Positions 10,157 to 18,148 of a stretch of DNA of 64,000 bases are shown here, in pieces. The translations under genes were made by a program, and so were the position numbers. The notes beneath the pieces were generated by a model. The model was not told where the DNA came from and searched no databases. It saw only the letters and a program-made list of their open reading frames with translations. How positions within the stretch are numbered: position 1 is the stretch's first letter; each line of letters starts with the position of its first letter. The stretch lies in the NCBI GenBank assembly GCA_963741945.1, contig CAVUKA010000004.1:96001-160000 (forward strand), in the 5' to 3' direction. The stretch comes from an uncultured Gemmatimonadales bacterium. GTDB lineage: Bacteria > Gemmatimonadota > Gemmatimonadetes > Longimicrobiales > RSA9.

Positions 10157-11712
10157 CCGCTGGTGGACCGCGACATCGATTCGTGCAGCGCCCGCCCCCG
10201 CGCCACGGCCTCCTCCACCAGCGTGTCCATCTCCAGGGTCTCGGTCCGGAAGTTGACAATGCACGCGCGGATGGCGAAGCGCCCGTCCAGGACGGCGTTG
10301 GACGGGAACACGCGACCACTCCACTGCAGCTCGGCCATCAGCCGCTCGTTGAGCGTATTCAGGTACTCGTCACGGTTCGCCGGCCCACCCCCGCCGGGGG
10401 ATTCCGCGTCGGGACCGCCGGCGCGAGCTCCGGCCGCGAGCTCCGGCGGCACGTACCGGAAGCAGGCGATGGAGAGCGACTGCGGCCCCATGGCCTCCAG
10501 CTCCGGGTGCGCCTCCGCGCGGGTGTACAGGTACTGCGCCAGCTCGCAGTCGTGGACGATCCGGCGCTGGTACGGACCCCACCCGTGCGCCAGCAGCGAG
10601 ACCCACACCTTGAGCGCGTGGAACCCGCGCGAGAACTGGGGCCCGTACGAGAAGTAGTCGATCCCCCTGCCCGTGAGCGCCTTGTCCTCGTGCGTGTACG
10701 TCGGCTCCAGCGAGAACGCCTGGGCCAGTCGCGCGAAGTCGCGCACCACGATGGCGCCGCCGGAATGCGGGGTGTAGAGCCACTTGTGCGGGTCCATCGC
10801 CACGCTGTCGGCGCGCTCGATCCCCTTGAACTGCGGCCTCAGCGCCTCGGTCAGCGCCGCCACGCCCCCGTACGCCCCGTCCACGTGCAGCCACAGCCCG
10901 TGCGCCGCGGCCACGTCCGCGATCCGGTCCAGCGGGTCGATGGCGCCCGTGCTCACCGTGCCGGCCGTTGCCACCACCGCGAACGGGCGACGCCCGTCCC
11001 GCACATCCCGCGCGATCGCCTCCTCCAGCGCATCCACCCGCATCCGGAGCGCGGTGTCCGTCGGGATCATCCGGACCGCTTCAGCGCCCAGCCCCAGCAT
11101 GTCGGCGGCGCGCGTGTTCACATCGTGCACCTCCGCGGAGGCATACAGCGTCAGGGGCGGCCCCGCGGCCACCCCCTCGCGCCGGATGTCCCACTGCGCC
11201 ATGGCGTCGCGCGCCGTCTTCAGCCCGATGAACGCGGCCATCGCCCCGCCCGACGTGATCATCCCCGCCGCCGTCGGCGGCAGCCCCAGCCGCTCACCGA
11301 ACCACGCCGTCAGGCGCTGCTCGATCTCGGTCGCCGCGGGCGAGAGCCGCCAACCACCCACGTTCTGGTTGAGCGCGGCCATGAGCAGGTCCGCGGCCGT
11401 GCCCGGGATCGTGCCCGCGCCACTTATGTAGGCCACGAACCCGGGGTGACCCGTATAGGTGGAATGCTCGAGGGCCAGGTCACGCAGGTAGGAGACCAGC
11501 TCGGCGCGCGACAGCCCCTCGTCCGGGATCGCCCGGAGGACGGAGCGACGCACTTCCGCCGCCCCCTCCCGCCGCCCCACCGGCAGGTCGCGCAGCCGCT
11601 CGATCAGCTCGGCCCAGAGCTCCACCATCTCGCCGCCGAGCCAGCGCGCCCCGTCCGCACCCCAGTCCAGGTCCGTGACCGGCGCCGGGCCGGTCCGCTC
11701 GCCCGCGCTCAC
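10153..11712 (-). CDS. PLP-dependent group II amino-acid decarboxylase
   Basis: ITSGG, ATAGTVSTGAIDP, WLHVDGAYGG, AMDPHKWL (PLP Lys). Confidence 0.92.
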   Translation of the reverse strand: MSAGERTGPAPVTDLDWGADGARWLGGEMVELWAELIERLRDLPVGRREGAAEVRRSVLRAIPDEGLSRAELVSYLRDLALEHSTYTGHPGFVAYISGAGTIPGTAADLLMAALNQNVGGWRLSPAATEIEQRLTAWFGERLGLPPTAAGMITSGGAMAAFIGLKTARDAMAQWDIRREGVAAGPPLTLYASAEVHDVNTRAADMLGLGAEAVRMIPTDTALRMRVDALEEAIARDVRDGRRPFAVVATAGTVSTGAIDPLDRIADVAAAHGLWLHVDGAYGGVAALTEALRPQFKGIERADSVAMDPHKWLYTPHSGGAIVVRDFARLAQAFSLEPTYTHEDKALTGRGIDYFSYGPQFSRGFHALKVWVSLLAHGWGPYQRRIVHDCELAQYLYTRAEAHPELEAMGPQSLSIACFRYVPPELAAGARAGGPDAESPGGGGPANRDEYLNTLNERLMAELQWSGRVFPSNAVLDGRFAIRACIVNFRTETLEMDTLVEEAVARGRALHESMSRSTSG

Positions 11713-12245
11713 GACTTCAGCCGGTCCGCGTACTTCCGGCGCAGCTTCGCCACCTTCGGCGCGATCACCGCCCGGCAGTACGGCTGGTCCGGGTTCCGAT
11801 CGAAGTAGTCGCGGTGGTAGTCCTCCGCCGGCCAGAATCGCTCCAGCGGCACCACTTCCGTCACGATCGGGGCACCGAACACTCCCTCGTCTTCCAGCGC
11901 CGAGATCACCCGTTCCGCGGTCTCCCGCTGCGCGTCCGACTCGTACAGGATGATCGATCGGTACTGCGGCCCCACGTCGTTGCCCTGACGATCCGGCGTC
12001 GTCGGATCATGCGTGGCGAAAAACACTTCCAGCAGCTCCCGGTACGAGACCCGGTCAGGATCGAACACCACCCGCGCCACCTCCGCGTGCCCCGTCCCGC
12101 CACCGCACACCTGCTCGTACGTCGGCGACGACACGCTCCCCCCGGCGTACCCGGGCGAGACGGACTCCACCCCCTCCAGCCGCTGCAACACCGCCTCCAC
12201 GCACCAGAAGCAGCCGCCGCCCAGCGTGGCCGTCTCGCGGTTCAT
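11709..12245 (-). CDS. msrA: Peptide-methionine (S)-S-oxide reductase
   Basis: GGGCFWC, GHAEV, HDPTT..RQGNDVGPQYRS, AEDYH. Confidence 0.96.
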   Translation of the reverse strand: MNRETATLGGGCFWCVEAVLQRLEGVESVSPGYAGGSVSSPTYEQVCGGGTGHAEVARVVFDPDRVSYRELLEVFFATHDPTTPDRQGNDVGPQYRSIILYESDAQRETAERVISALEDEGVFGAPIVTEVVPLERFWPAEDYHRDYFDRNPDQPYCRAVIAPKVAKLRRKYADRLKS

Positions 12246-12523
12246 GTGTGCGGCACCGGACGCGAGGCCTCCCCCCGCTCCAACAGCCGCTCGGACCACT
12301 CCTGTCGCTCGGCCAGCCGCGCCACCTGGCCCTGGAGATCCGACACCAGCCGACGCAGTTCCTCCGCCTCCTCCGCAGGCATCGTCCCCGCACGACGCTC
12401 CTCCAGCCGCATCTCCAGCAGCCGGCCGAGCCGCTTCGCGAGCGGAAACGTCAGGATGAACCCGCCGATCATCAGCACCATCACGAGCGAGAAGATCATT
12501 CCGGCGAGCGCGTTGGGATCCAT
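12242..12523 (-). CDS. Small single-pass membrane protein with C-terminal coiled coil
   Basis: GGAGGAG RBS, N-terminal hydrophobic helix, LAERQEWSERLL; ATGA-coupled to msrA. Confidence 0.7.
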   Translation of the reverse strand: MDPNALAGMIFSLVMVLMIGGFILTFPLAKRLGRLLEMRLEERRAGTMPAEEAEELRRLVSDLQGQVARLAERQEWSERLLERGEASRPVPHT

Positions 12524-12596
12524 GCGACTCCTCCTGCGGCGGGAATGCCGCGGCGCAGCACGCGCCGCCGGCGAGGTCGTGAGGCCGAGCCCCTCT

Positions 12597-12627
12597 GCAT
12601 GGGGCGCCGCGCCGCGGCGCCCCATGC
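12597..12627. terminator. 14-bp GC hairpin downstream of MBL hydrolase (no U tract)
   Basis: gcatggggcgccgc-gcc-gcggcgccccatgc perfect inverted repeat. Confidence 0.5.
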
Positions 12628-12632
12628 CCTAT

Positions 12633-13322
12633 CTAGAAATTGTAGCTGTCGCCCGGGTCCAGTATCACCACTTCGGCGCGGCCGCCCACCTTCTCCCGGA
12701 AATCGTTCGGGTCCTGCTCGATCGGCTCCCAGGTGGAGTAATGCATGGGAATCACCACCCTGGGCTCGATCATCTCCACGGCCCTCGCCGCATCATCCGG
12801 CCCCATGGTGAAGTTGTCGCCGATCGGGAGCAGCGCCACGTCCACCTGCCCCTTCAACAGCTGCATGTCCATGATCAGCGCGGTGTCGCCGGCATGGTAC
12901 AGCCGCTTGCCACCGTTCAGGTTGAGCCACCAGCCGCCGGGGACCGTCGTGAACGCCCCCTCCTCGTCGCCATCCACCTGCCCACCGTGCAGTGCCGGCG
13001 TCATCTTGGCGTACCCGAAGGCGAAATGATTGCCGCCACCGATGTGCAGCGCGTGGACGTTCTCGAGCCCCTGCTCCTGACAGAAGCCGATGATCTCGAA
13101 CGTCGAGAGCACTGTGGCCCCCGTCTTCTTCGCGAGCGGAATGGCGTCCTGGAAATGGTCGAAATGACCATGACTGACCAGGATGAAGTCGAGCGCCTCC
13201 ACGTCCGCGACCCGGATGTCCGACTTCGGGTTCTCATCGAGATACGGATCGAACATGATCCGGTGACCCTGGTCGGTTTCCAGCGTGAACGTCGAATGGC
13301 CGTGCCAGGTCAGGCGAGCCAT
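12633..13322 (-). CDS. Metallo-beta-lactamase-fold hydrolase (UPF0173)
   Basis: WHGHS, SHGHFDH, YHAGDT, LPIGDNFTMGP, IPMHY. Confidence 0.92.
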   Translation of the reverse strand: MARLTWHGHSTFTLETDQGHRIMFDPYLDENPKSDIRVADVEALDFILVSHGHFDHFQDAIPLAKKTGATVLSTFEIIGFCQEQGLENVHALHIGGGNHFAFGYAKMTPALHGGQVDGDEEGAFTTVPGGWWLNLNGGKRLYHAGDTALIMDMQLLKGQVDVALLPIGDNFTMGPDDAARAVEMIEPRVVIPMHYSTWEPIEQDPNDFREKVGGRAEVVILDPGDSYNF

Positions 13323-13336
13323 GGCACCTCCCGTGC

Positions 13337-13723
13337 TTATTCGATGTGCTTTGCGTATGCGGCAGCGTCCATCAGGCGCTCCAGCTCGTCCGGGTCGCTC
13401 ACACGCACCTTGATCATCCAGCCTTCGCCATACGGATCGGAGTTGACCAGCGACGGGTCATCCCCCAGCGCCTCGTTCACCGCCACCACTTCGCCGGTGG
13501 CCGGCATGTACAGGTCGCTCACCGCCTTCACGGCCTCGACGGTGCCGAACGTGTCTCCCCTGGCAAAGCTTTCGCCGGGCTCCGGGAGCTCGAGGTACAC
13601 GATATCCCCGAGCTCGCCCTGGGCGTAGTCGGTGATCCCGACCGTGTAGACATCCGGCTGGGCACCCTTGCCCAGGTACTCGTGGTCTTCAGTATACAGG
13701 AAATCCGAAGGCAGATCGGACAT
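13337..13723 (-). CDS. gcvH: Glycine cleavage system H protein
   Basis: YTEDHEY, GITDYAQGELGDIVY, VEAVKAVSD (lipoyl Lys), NSDPYGEGW. Confidence 0.97.
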   Translation of the reverse strand: MSDLPSDFLYTEDHEYLGKGAQPDVYTVGITDYAQGELGDIVYLELPEPGESFARGDTFGTVEAVKAVSDLYMPATGEVVAVNEALGDDPSLVNSDPYGEGWMIKVRVSDPDELERLMDAAAYAKHIE

Positions 13724-13759
13724 GGTTCCTCCCAATGGTCTGACGTGTGTCGGCGCGTG

Positions 13760-13788
13760 ACGATGGGCGCCGCCACGGTGGCCGTCAA
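13760..13788 (-). promoter_or_regulatory. Candidate sigma70 promoter for gcvH operon
   Basis: TTGACG-17nt-CATCGT. Confidence 0.4.
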
Positions 13789-13898
13789 GGAGGAGAAATC
13801 CCTACGCCGTGGCCACTCCCGCCCGGGCGGCCCGCGGATCGTCGCTCGCCGCCGGGCCCGGCCTGGCGGCGCGACCCCTCATCTGCCACCGACCGCCG

Positions 13899-14120
13899 CT
13901 AATCTTCGTAGCGGACCGCCTGCAGGCGCGCCAGAATCCCGATCAGCCGCTTCATCTCGCTCTCCACCAGCTTCAGCGACTCCTGCACCTCGGCGTCCTG
14001 CGCCGCCGGCTCCTCGAGCAGGAGCTGGACGTGCCCGAGCGCGGCCGTGATCGGGCTGTTCGCATCGTGTCGGATCTTCCTGACGAGGTCCACGATCTCG
14101 CGGTATCGGGCATCGTCCAT
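13899..14120 (-). CDS. Stand-alone HisKA (DHp) domain microprotein
   Basis: 73 aa, H-box IRHDANSPITAALG, GGAGG RBS, TATACT upstream. Confidence 0.8.
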   Translation of the reverse strand: MDDARYREIVDLVRKIRHDANSPITAALGHVQLLLEEPAAQDAEVQESLKLVESEMKRLIGILARLQAVRYED

Positions 14121-14260
14121 CGCGTACCTCCATCGGCTTTCGATGATTCGCGGTCGGGGGTAGTATAGCTTTCCACTCGCGGTTTTTCACGCGCGGAACA
14201 TCGCGCGCCGCTCACGACCGGGCACGCCGCCACAGCCGCATCCCATCATCGGAAGAGAGC

Positions 14261-15415
14261 ATGGATATCGAACGACCCGCACTCACGGAGCTGAGCGAGG
14301 AAGAGCAGATGTTCCGCGACATGGTGCGTCAGTTCGCGGAGGAGCAGATCGCGCCGCTGAGCCACGACATGGATCGGGACGCGCGGATGGATCCCGCCCT
14401 GATCCGGACCCTCTTCGAGCTCGGCGTCATGGGCATCGAGATCCCGGACCGGCTGGGCGGCGCCGGCGCTTCCTTCTTCACCTCCGTGCTGGTCGTCGAA
14501 GAGCTTTCGCGGGTCGACCCCTCCGTGGGCGTCCTCGTGGACGTGCAGAACACGCTGGTGGACACCTGCATCATCCGCTACGGCAACGATGAGCAGCGAG
14601 AACGATATCTTCCGCGGCTGGCCACCGACGCGGTGGGGGCCTACGCCCTCTCGGAGGCCGGCTCCGGCTCCGATGCCTTCGCGCTGAAGTGCCGCGCCAC
14701 GCGGGACGGCGACGACTGGATTCTGGACGGCTCGAAGCTGTGGATCACCAACGGCGGCGAAGCGGACATCTTCATCGTGTTCGCCAACGTCGATTTCGAG
14801 AAGGGGTACCGCGGCATCACGGCCTTCATCGTGGAGCGCGGAATGGAGGGCTTCACGGTGGGGAAGAAGGAGGACAAGCTCGGCATCCGGGCGTCCTCCA
14901 CGGTGGAGCTTGGCTTCGACGGCTGCCGTGTTCCGGGCGCCAACGTGATGGGGGAGGTGGGGAAGGGGTACAAGATCGCCATCGAGCAGCTCAACGAAGG
15001 GCGCATCGGCATTGGTGCCCAGATGGTGGGCCTCGCCCAGGGCGCGCTGGACCACACGGTCCGCTACGTCCGGGAACGCGAGCAGTTCGGCCACCCCATT
15101 GCCGGCTTCCAGGGCGTGCAGTTCCAGCTCGCCGACATGCGCACGCGGCTCGAGGCCGCCCGGCTCATGGTCTACAACGCGGCGCGGCTGCGCGAGGCCA
15201 ACAAGCCGTTCCTGTTCCAGGCGGCCATGGCCAAGCTGTACGCGTCCGAGGCCGCCCAGCGCATTGCCTCGGAGTGCGTGGACCTCCACGGAGGCTACGG
15301 CTTCACCAAGGAATATCCCGTGGAGAAGCTCTACCGTGATGCCAAGATCGGCACGATCTACGAGGGTACCTCGAACATGCAGCGGCAGACCATCGCGAAG
15401 CTGCTGCTCAGGTAG
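14261..15415 (+). CDS. Acyl-CoA dehydrogenase (short/branched-chain type)
   Basis: ALSEAGSGSD, GSKLWITNG, KLGIRASST, YRDAKIGTIYEGTSN. Confidence 0.95.
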   Translation: MDIERPALTELSEEEQMFRDMVRQFAEEQIAPLSHDMDRDARMDPALIRTLFELGVMGIEIPDRLGGAGASFFTSVLVVEELSRVDPSVGVLVDVQNTLVDTCIIRYGNDEQRERYLPRLATDAVGAYALSEAGSGSDAFALKCRATRDGDDWILDGSKLWITNGGEADIFIVFANVDFEKGYRGITAFIVERGMEGFTVGKKEDKLGIRASSTVELGFDGCRVPGANVMGEVGKGYKIAIEQLNEGRIGIGAQMVGLAQGALDHTVRYVREREQFGHPIAGFQGVQFQLADMRTRLEAARLMVYNAARLREANKPFLFQAAMAKLYASEAAQRIASECVDLHGGYGFTKEYPVEKLYRDAKIGTIYEGTSNMQRQTIAKLLLR

Positions 15416-15493
15416 CAACCCGCCGGGGGCCACAGGCGAGAGCCGGCGGTGGAAGAGATCCCACCGCTGGCCCGTCCGCCTCGACGCTCGGCC

Positions 15494-16149
15494 CTATCGC
15501 TGGTCGCCGACTCCATGGCGTCGCAGCAGATTCCGTACGCCCTCCGGGATGCTGGGCGAGCTCACTCCGCTGCCGGCGCGCCGGCTGTCCGCGCGTGGCA
15601 TGCCCGGCCTCGGAGTGGCCAGGAACGCGTGGGCTTCGAAGGTGCTCAGGTCCAGCGCGAGCCCCGCGATCTGCCCCGCCTGGTTGATGGCCAGCGGAGC
15701 GATGATGTAGAGATGCGCGTCCGGCGGCAGGAGCGAGTTGAGATCGGTATAGACATGGTCCTGCCAGAGATACCCCCGGCAGATCCCGAACGCGACGTCG
15801 CAGGAGGCGCCGACCATCTGCCCCCGGTCGTTGGCGTTGAACGGGGTGTTCTGACGGTCCGCGGGGTCCGGGCTCATCAGGCCTAGGTCCTGGATACCGG
15901 TGGCCTTCGTCCATCGGAACGGGTGGAGGGATCCGTCGGGGACTGCGGCGGCCCCGAACACTTCACCCCTGTTGTTGACGGCGGCAGCGAAACCGCTGTT
16001 GGGGTCGCCGAGATTGCCCAGGTCCACGGGCGTGCCATGGTCCCAGAGCACCGCGTGCGCACCCGTCCCGGTGCCGCCGAACGTGGTGTTGGAGCATTGA
16101 CCGGACGTGCCGACCACCTGGTCGTTGTCGTTGTTCCGTTGGCCGCATC
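15494..16149 (-). pseudogene. 5'-truncated HAF-repeat extracellular protein remnant
   Basis: HAVLW, INQAGQIAG, VNNRGEVFG, HAFLATP repeats; no in-frame start after the amidase stop and an apparent 1-nt frameshift near 16134. Confidence 0.65.
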
Positions 16150-16200
16150 GTTCGATCCGCGGGGGACCGGTGAGGCCCCCCGCGAACGCTCGCTTGACCG

Positions 16201-17988
16201 CTACCGCCCAGGTGCTGCGGGGCCCTGGACCGCGAAGCGCGCCGGCACCTTCGTATGCCAGTCGGTGGCGCCCTGGTACGCCGCAGCCAGGCGCAGCGCA
16301 GCACTCTCCTTCCAGAGGCCCCCGATGAACGAGATGCTCATTGGGTGGCCATCCACGAAGCCGGCCGGCACCACTGCGGTGGGATGCCCGGTCAGGTTGG
16401 TGATCAGGAGGACGTTGCCGGCGAAGCTCGGTGTGATGAAGGCGTCGATCCCTTCCATCCGCTTCTCCATTTCCCCCATCAGCATCGTGCGGACGCGGTT
16501 CGCCTGGATGTACTCGACGGCGGGGATCAGCCGGCTCTCGCGGAAGGAGTTCGGCCACGAGTTCGCCTCCTGGGCCACCAGCAGGTCGTCGCGACCGCTC
16601 CGCGTCAGCTCGTCGAATGCGGCTGCCGCCTCGGCATCCAGGATGATGCGCAGCGCGTTCACTGGCAGGTGGTCGGGCATCTCGATCGGGACCGGGTCCA
16701 CCCCCAGGCTCCGGACGACCTCCAGCGCCTTCTTCTCCAGCTCGATCTGCGCCGCATCCCGCTTTCTCGCCTCGTCGTCGCGACCGCGCGGCTCACGCTG
16801 GAACGCGCTCTCGAGATAGGCCACCCGCAGCTCCTTCAGCGGCCGGCGCGCGTCCCACGCGAACGGGACGGTCCGCGCGGTCGGATCCAGCCCGTCGGCA
16901 CCATGGATCGCCGTGAACACCAGCGCGCAGTCACCGGCGCTCCGGCAGATCGGGCCGATCTTGTCCATGCTCCACGACAGCGCCATCGCCCCCGCCCGGC
17001 TCACCCTTCCGAACGTGGGCCGCAGCCCGGTCGCGCCCGTGCGCGTGGACGGTGACACGATCGAGCCGAGCGTCTCGGTGCCGATGCCGAATCCCACCAG
17101 CCCCGCCACCGTGGCCGCGGCCGGCCCGGCCGACGATCCGCTGGACCCCTGCTCCAGGTCCCACGGATTCCGCGTCTTCCCACCGAACCAGACGTCGCCC
17201 ATGGCCAGCGCGCCCAGCGTCAGCTTCGCCACGAGCACCGCTCCGGCCTGGTCCAGGCGCTGCACCACGGTGGCGTCCTGGTCGATGACCTGGTGCTCGT
17301 ACGGCTTCGCCCCCCAGGTCGTGGGATACCCTTCCGTCGCCAGCAGGTCCTTGGCGCCCCACGGGATCCCGTGCAGCGGACCCCGGTAGATGCCGCGGGC
17401 GAGCTCCTCGTCCAGCCTCTTCGCCTGCGCCATCGCACGCTCGTCCGTCAGCGTGATCACCGCCTCCAGCTCGCCGCCGTACCGCTGCAGGCGGTCGAGG
17501 TACATCTGCGTCAGCTCCACCGCGCTCACCTGTCGGGTCCGGACCAGCTCCGCAAGCCGCGTCACCGGCCAGAACGCCACGTCCTCGAGCCTGTCCGGGC
17601 GACGGACCTTACCCGGGCGTTCCATCCGGATCTGGTCGAATCGCCGGGCCACCATCGTGGGCCCGTCGTCCTGGTCCCCTTCCATGGCGTCCGGCAGGTG
17701 CACCCACGGCAGCCGCGGGTCGAACTGCACGGCCGGCGCCACGGCATTCGGGATCTCCATCCTGTGGAGCGCGTCGTAGGCCTGGAGGTTCTGGTTCAGC
17801 CCCCGGGCCATCATCTCCCGCTCTGCATCCGTGAACTCCAGCCCCGCCACCACTTCGGCGTCCTTGATCACCTCCGGGGTCACCCGGCCCTGCTCCTGCG
17901 CCTGCGCCCAGAGGCGGTCCGCGAAAATCCCGCCTACCCCGAGGGCGGAGAGATGGACCATGAAGCTGCGTCGGTCGAGTGTCGCCAT
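16201..17988 (-). CDS. Tat-exported amidase-signature enzyme
   Basis: LDRRSF Tat motif, LHGIPWGAKD, GSSGSSAG, GTETLGSI. Confidence 0.92.
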   Translation of the reverse strand: MATLDRRSFMVHLSALGVGGIFADRLWAQAQEQGRVTPEVIKDAEVVAGLEFTDAEREMMARGLNQNLQAYDALHRMEIPNAVAPAVQFDPRLPWVHLPDAMEGDQDDGPTMVARRFDQIRMERPGKVRRPDRLEDVAFWPVTRLAELVRTRQVSAVELTQMYLDRLQRYGGELEAVITLTDERAMAQAKRLDEELARGIYRGPLHGIPWGAKDLLATEGYPTTWGAKPYEHQVIDQDATVVQRLDQAGAVLVAKLTLGALAMGDVWFGGKTRNPWDLEQGSSGSSAGPAAATVAGLVGFGIGTETLGSIVSPSTRTGATGLRPTFGRVSRAGAMALSWSMDKIGPICRSAGDCALVFTAIHGADGLDPTARTVPFAWDARRPLKELRVAYLESAFQREPRGRDDEARKRDAAQIELEKKALEVVRSLGVDPVPIEMPDHLPVNALRIILDAEAAAAFDELTRSGRDDLLVAQEANSWPNSFRESRLIPAVEYIQANRVRTMLMGEMEKRMEGIDAFITPSFAGNVLLITNLTGHPTAVVPAGFVDGHPMSISFIGGLWKESAALRLAAAYQGATDWHTKVPARFAVQGPAAPGR

Positions 17989-18080
17989 GGCTGTGCTCTT
18001 GGATGAGGGATGATCCGCCAAGCTGCGGACCGCCCACCGCCCACCGCAACCCCACACCTCCCGCGCGGGCCCGACGCGGC

Positions 18081-18095
18081 TGGCCGGTAACTTGC
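18081..18095 (+). promoter_or_regulatory. Candidate sigma54 (-24/-12) promoter
   Basis: TGGCCGGTAACTTGC = TGGC-N7-TTGC, about 55 nt upstream of acyl-CoA dehydrogenase start. Confidence 0.55.
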
Positions 18096-18148
18096 CATCG
18101 ATACCCCCGCAGGGTTCTTGTCGATCGTCGTTGCAGCGAGGGGACAGC

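Noticed and set aside
16201..17988. gatA (Glu-tRNA amidotransferase)
   Set aside because: Tat signal, no gatB/gatC neighbours, and GTETLGS rather than GSDTGGS
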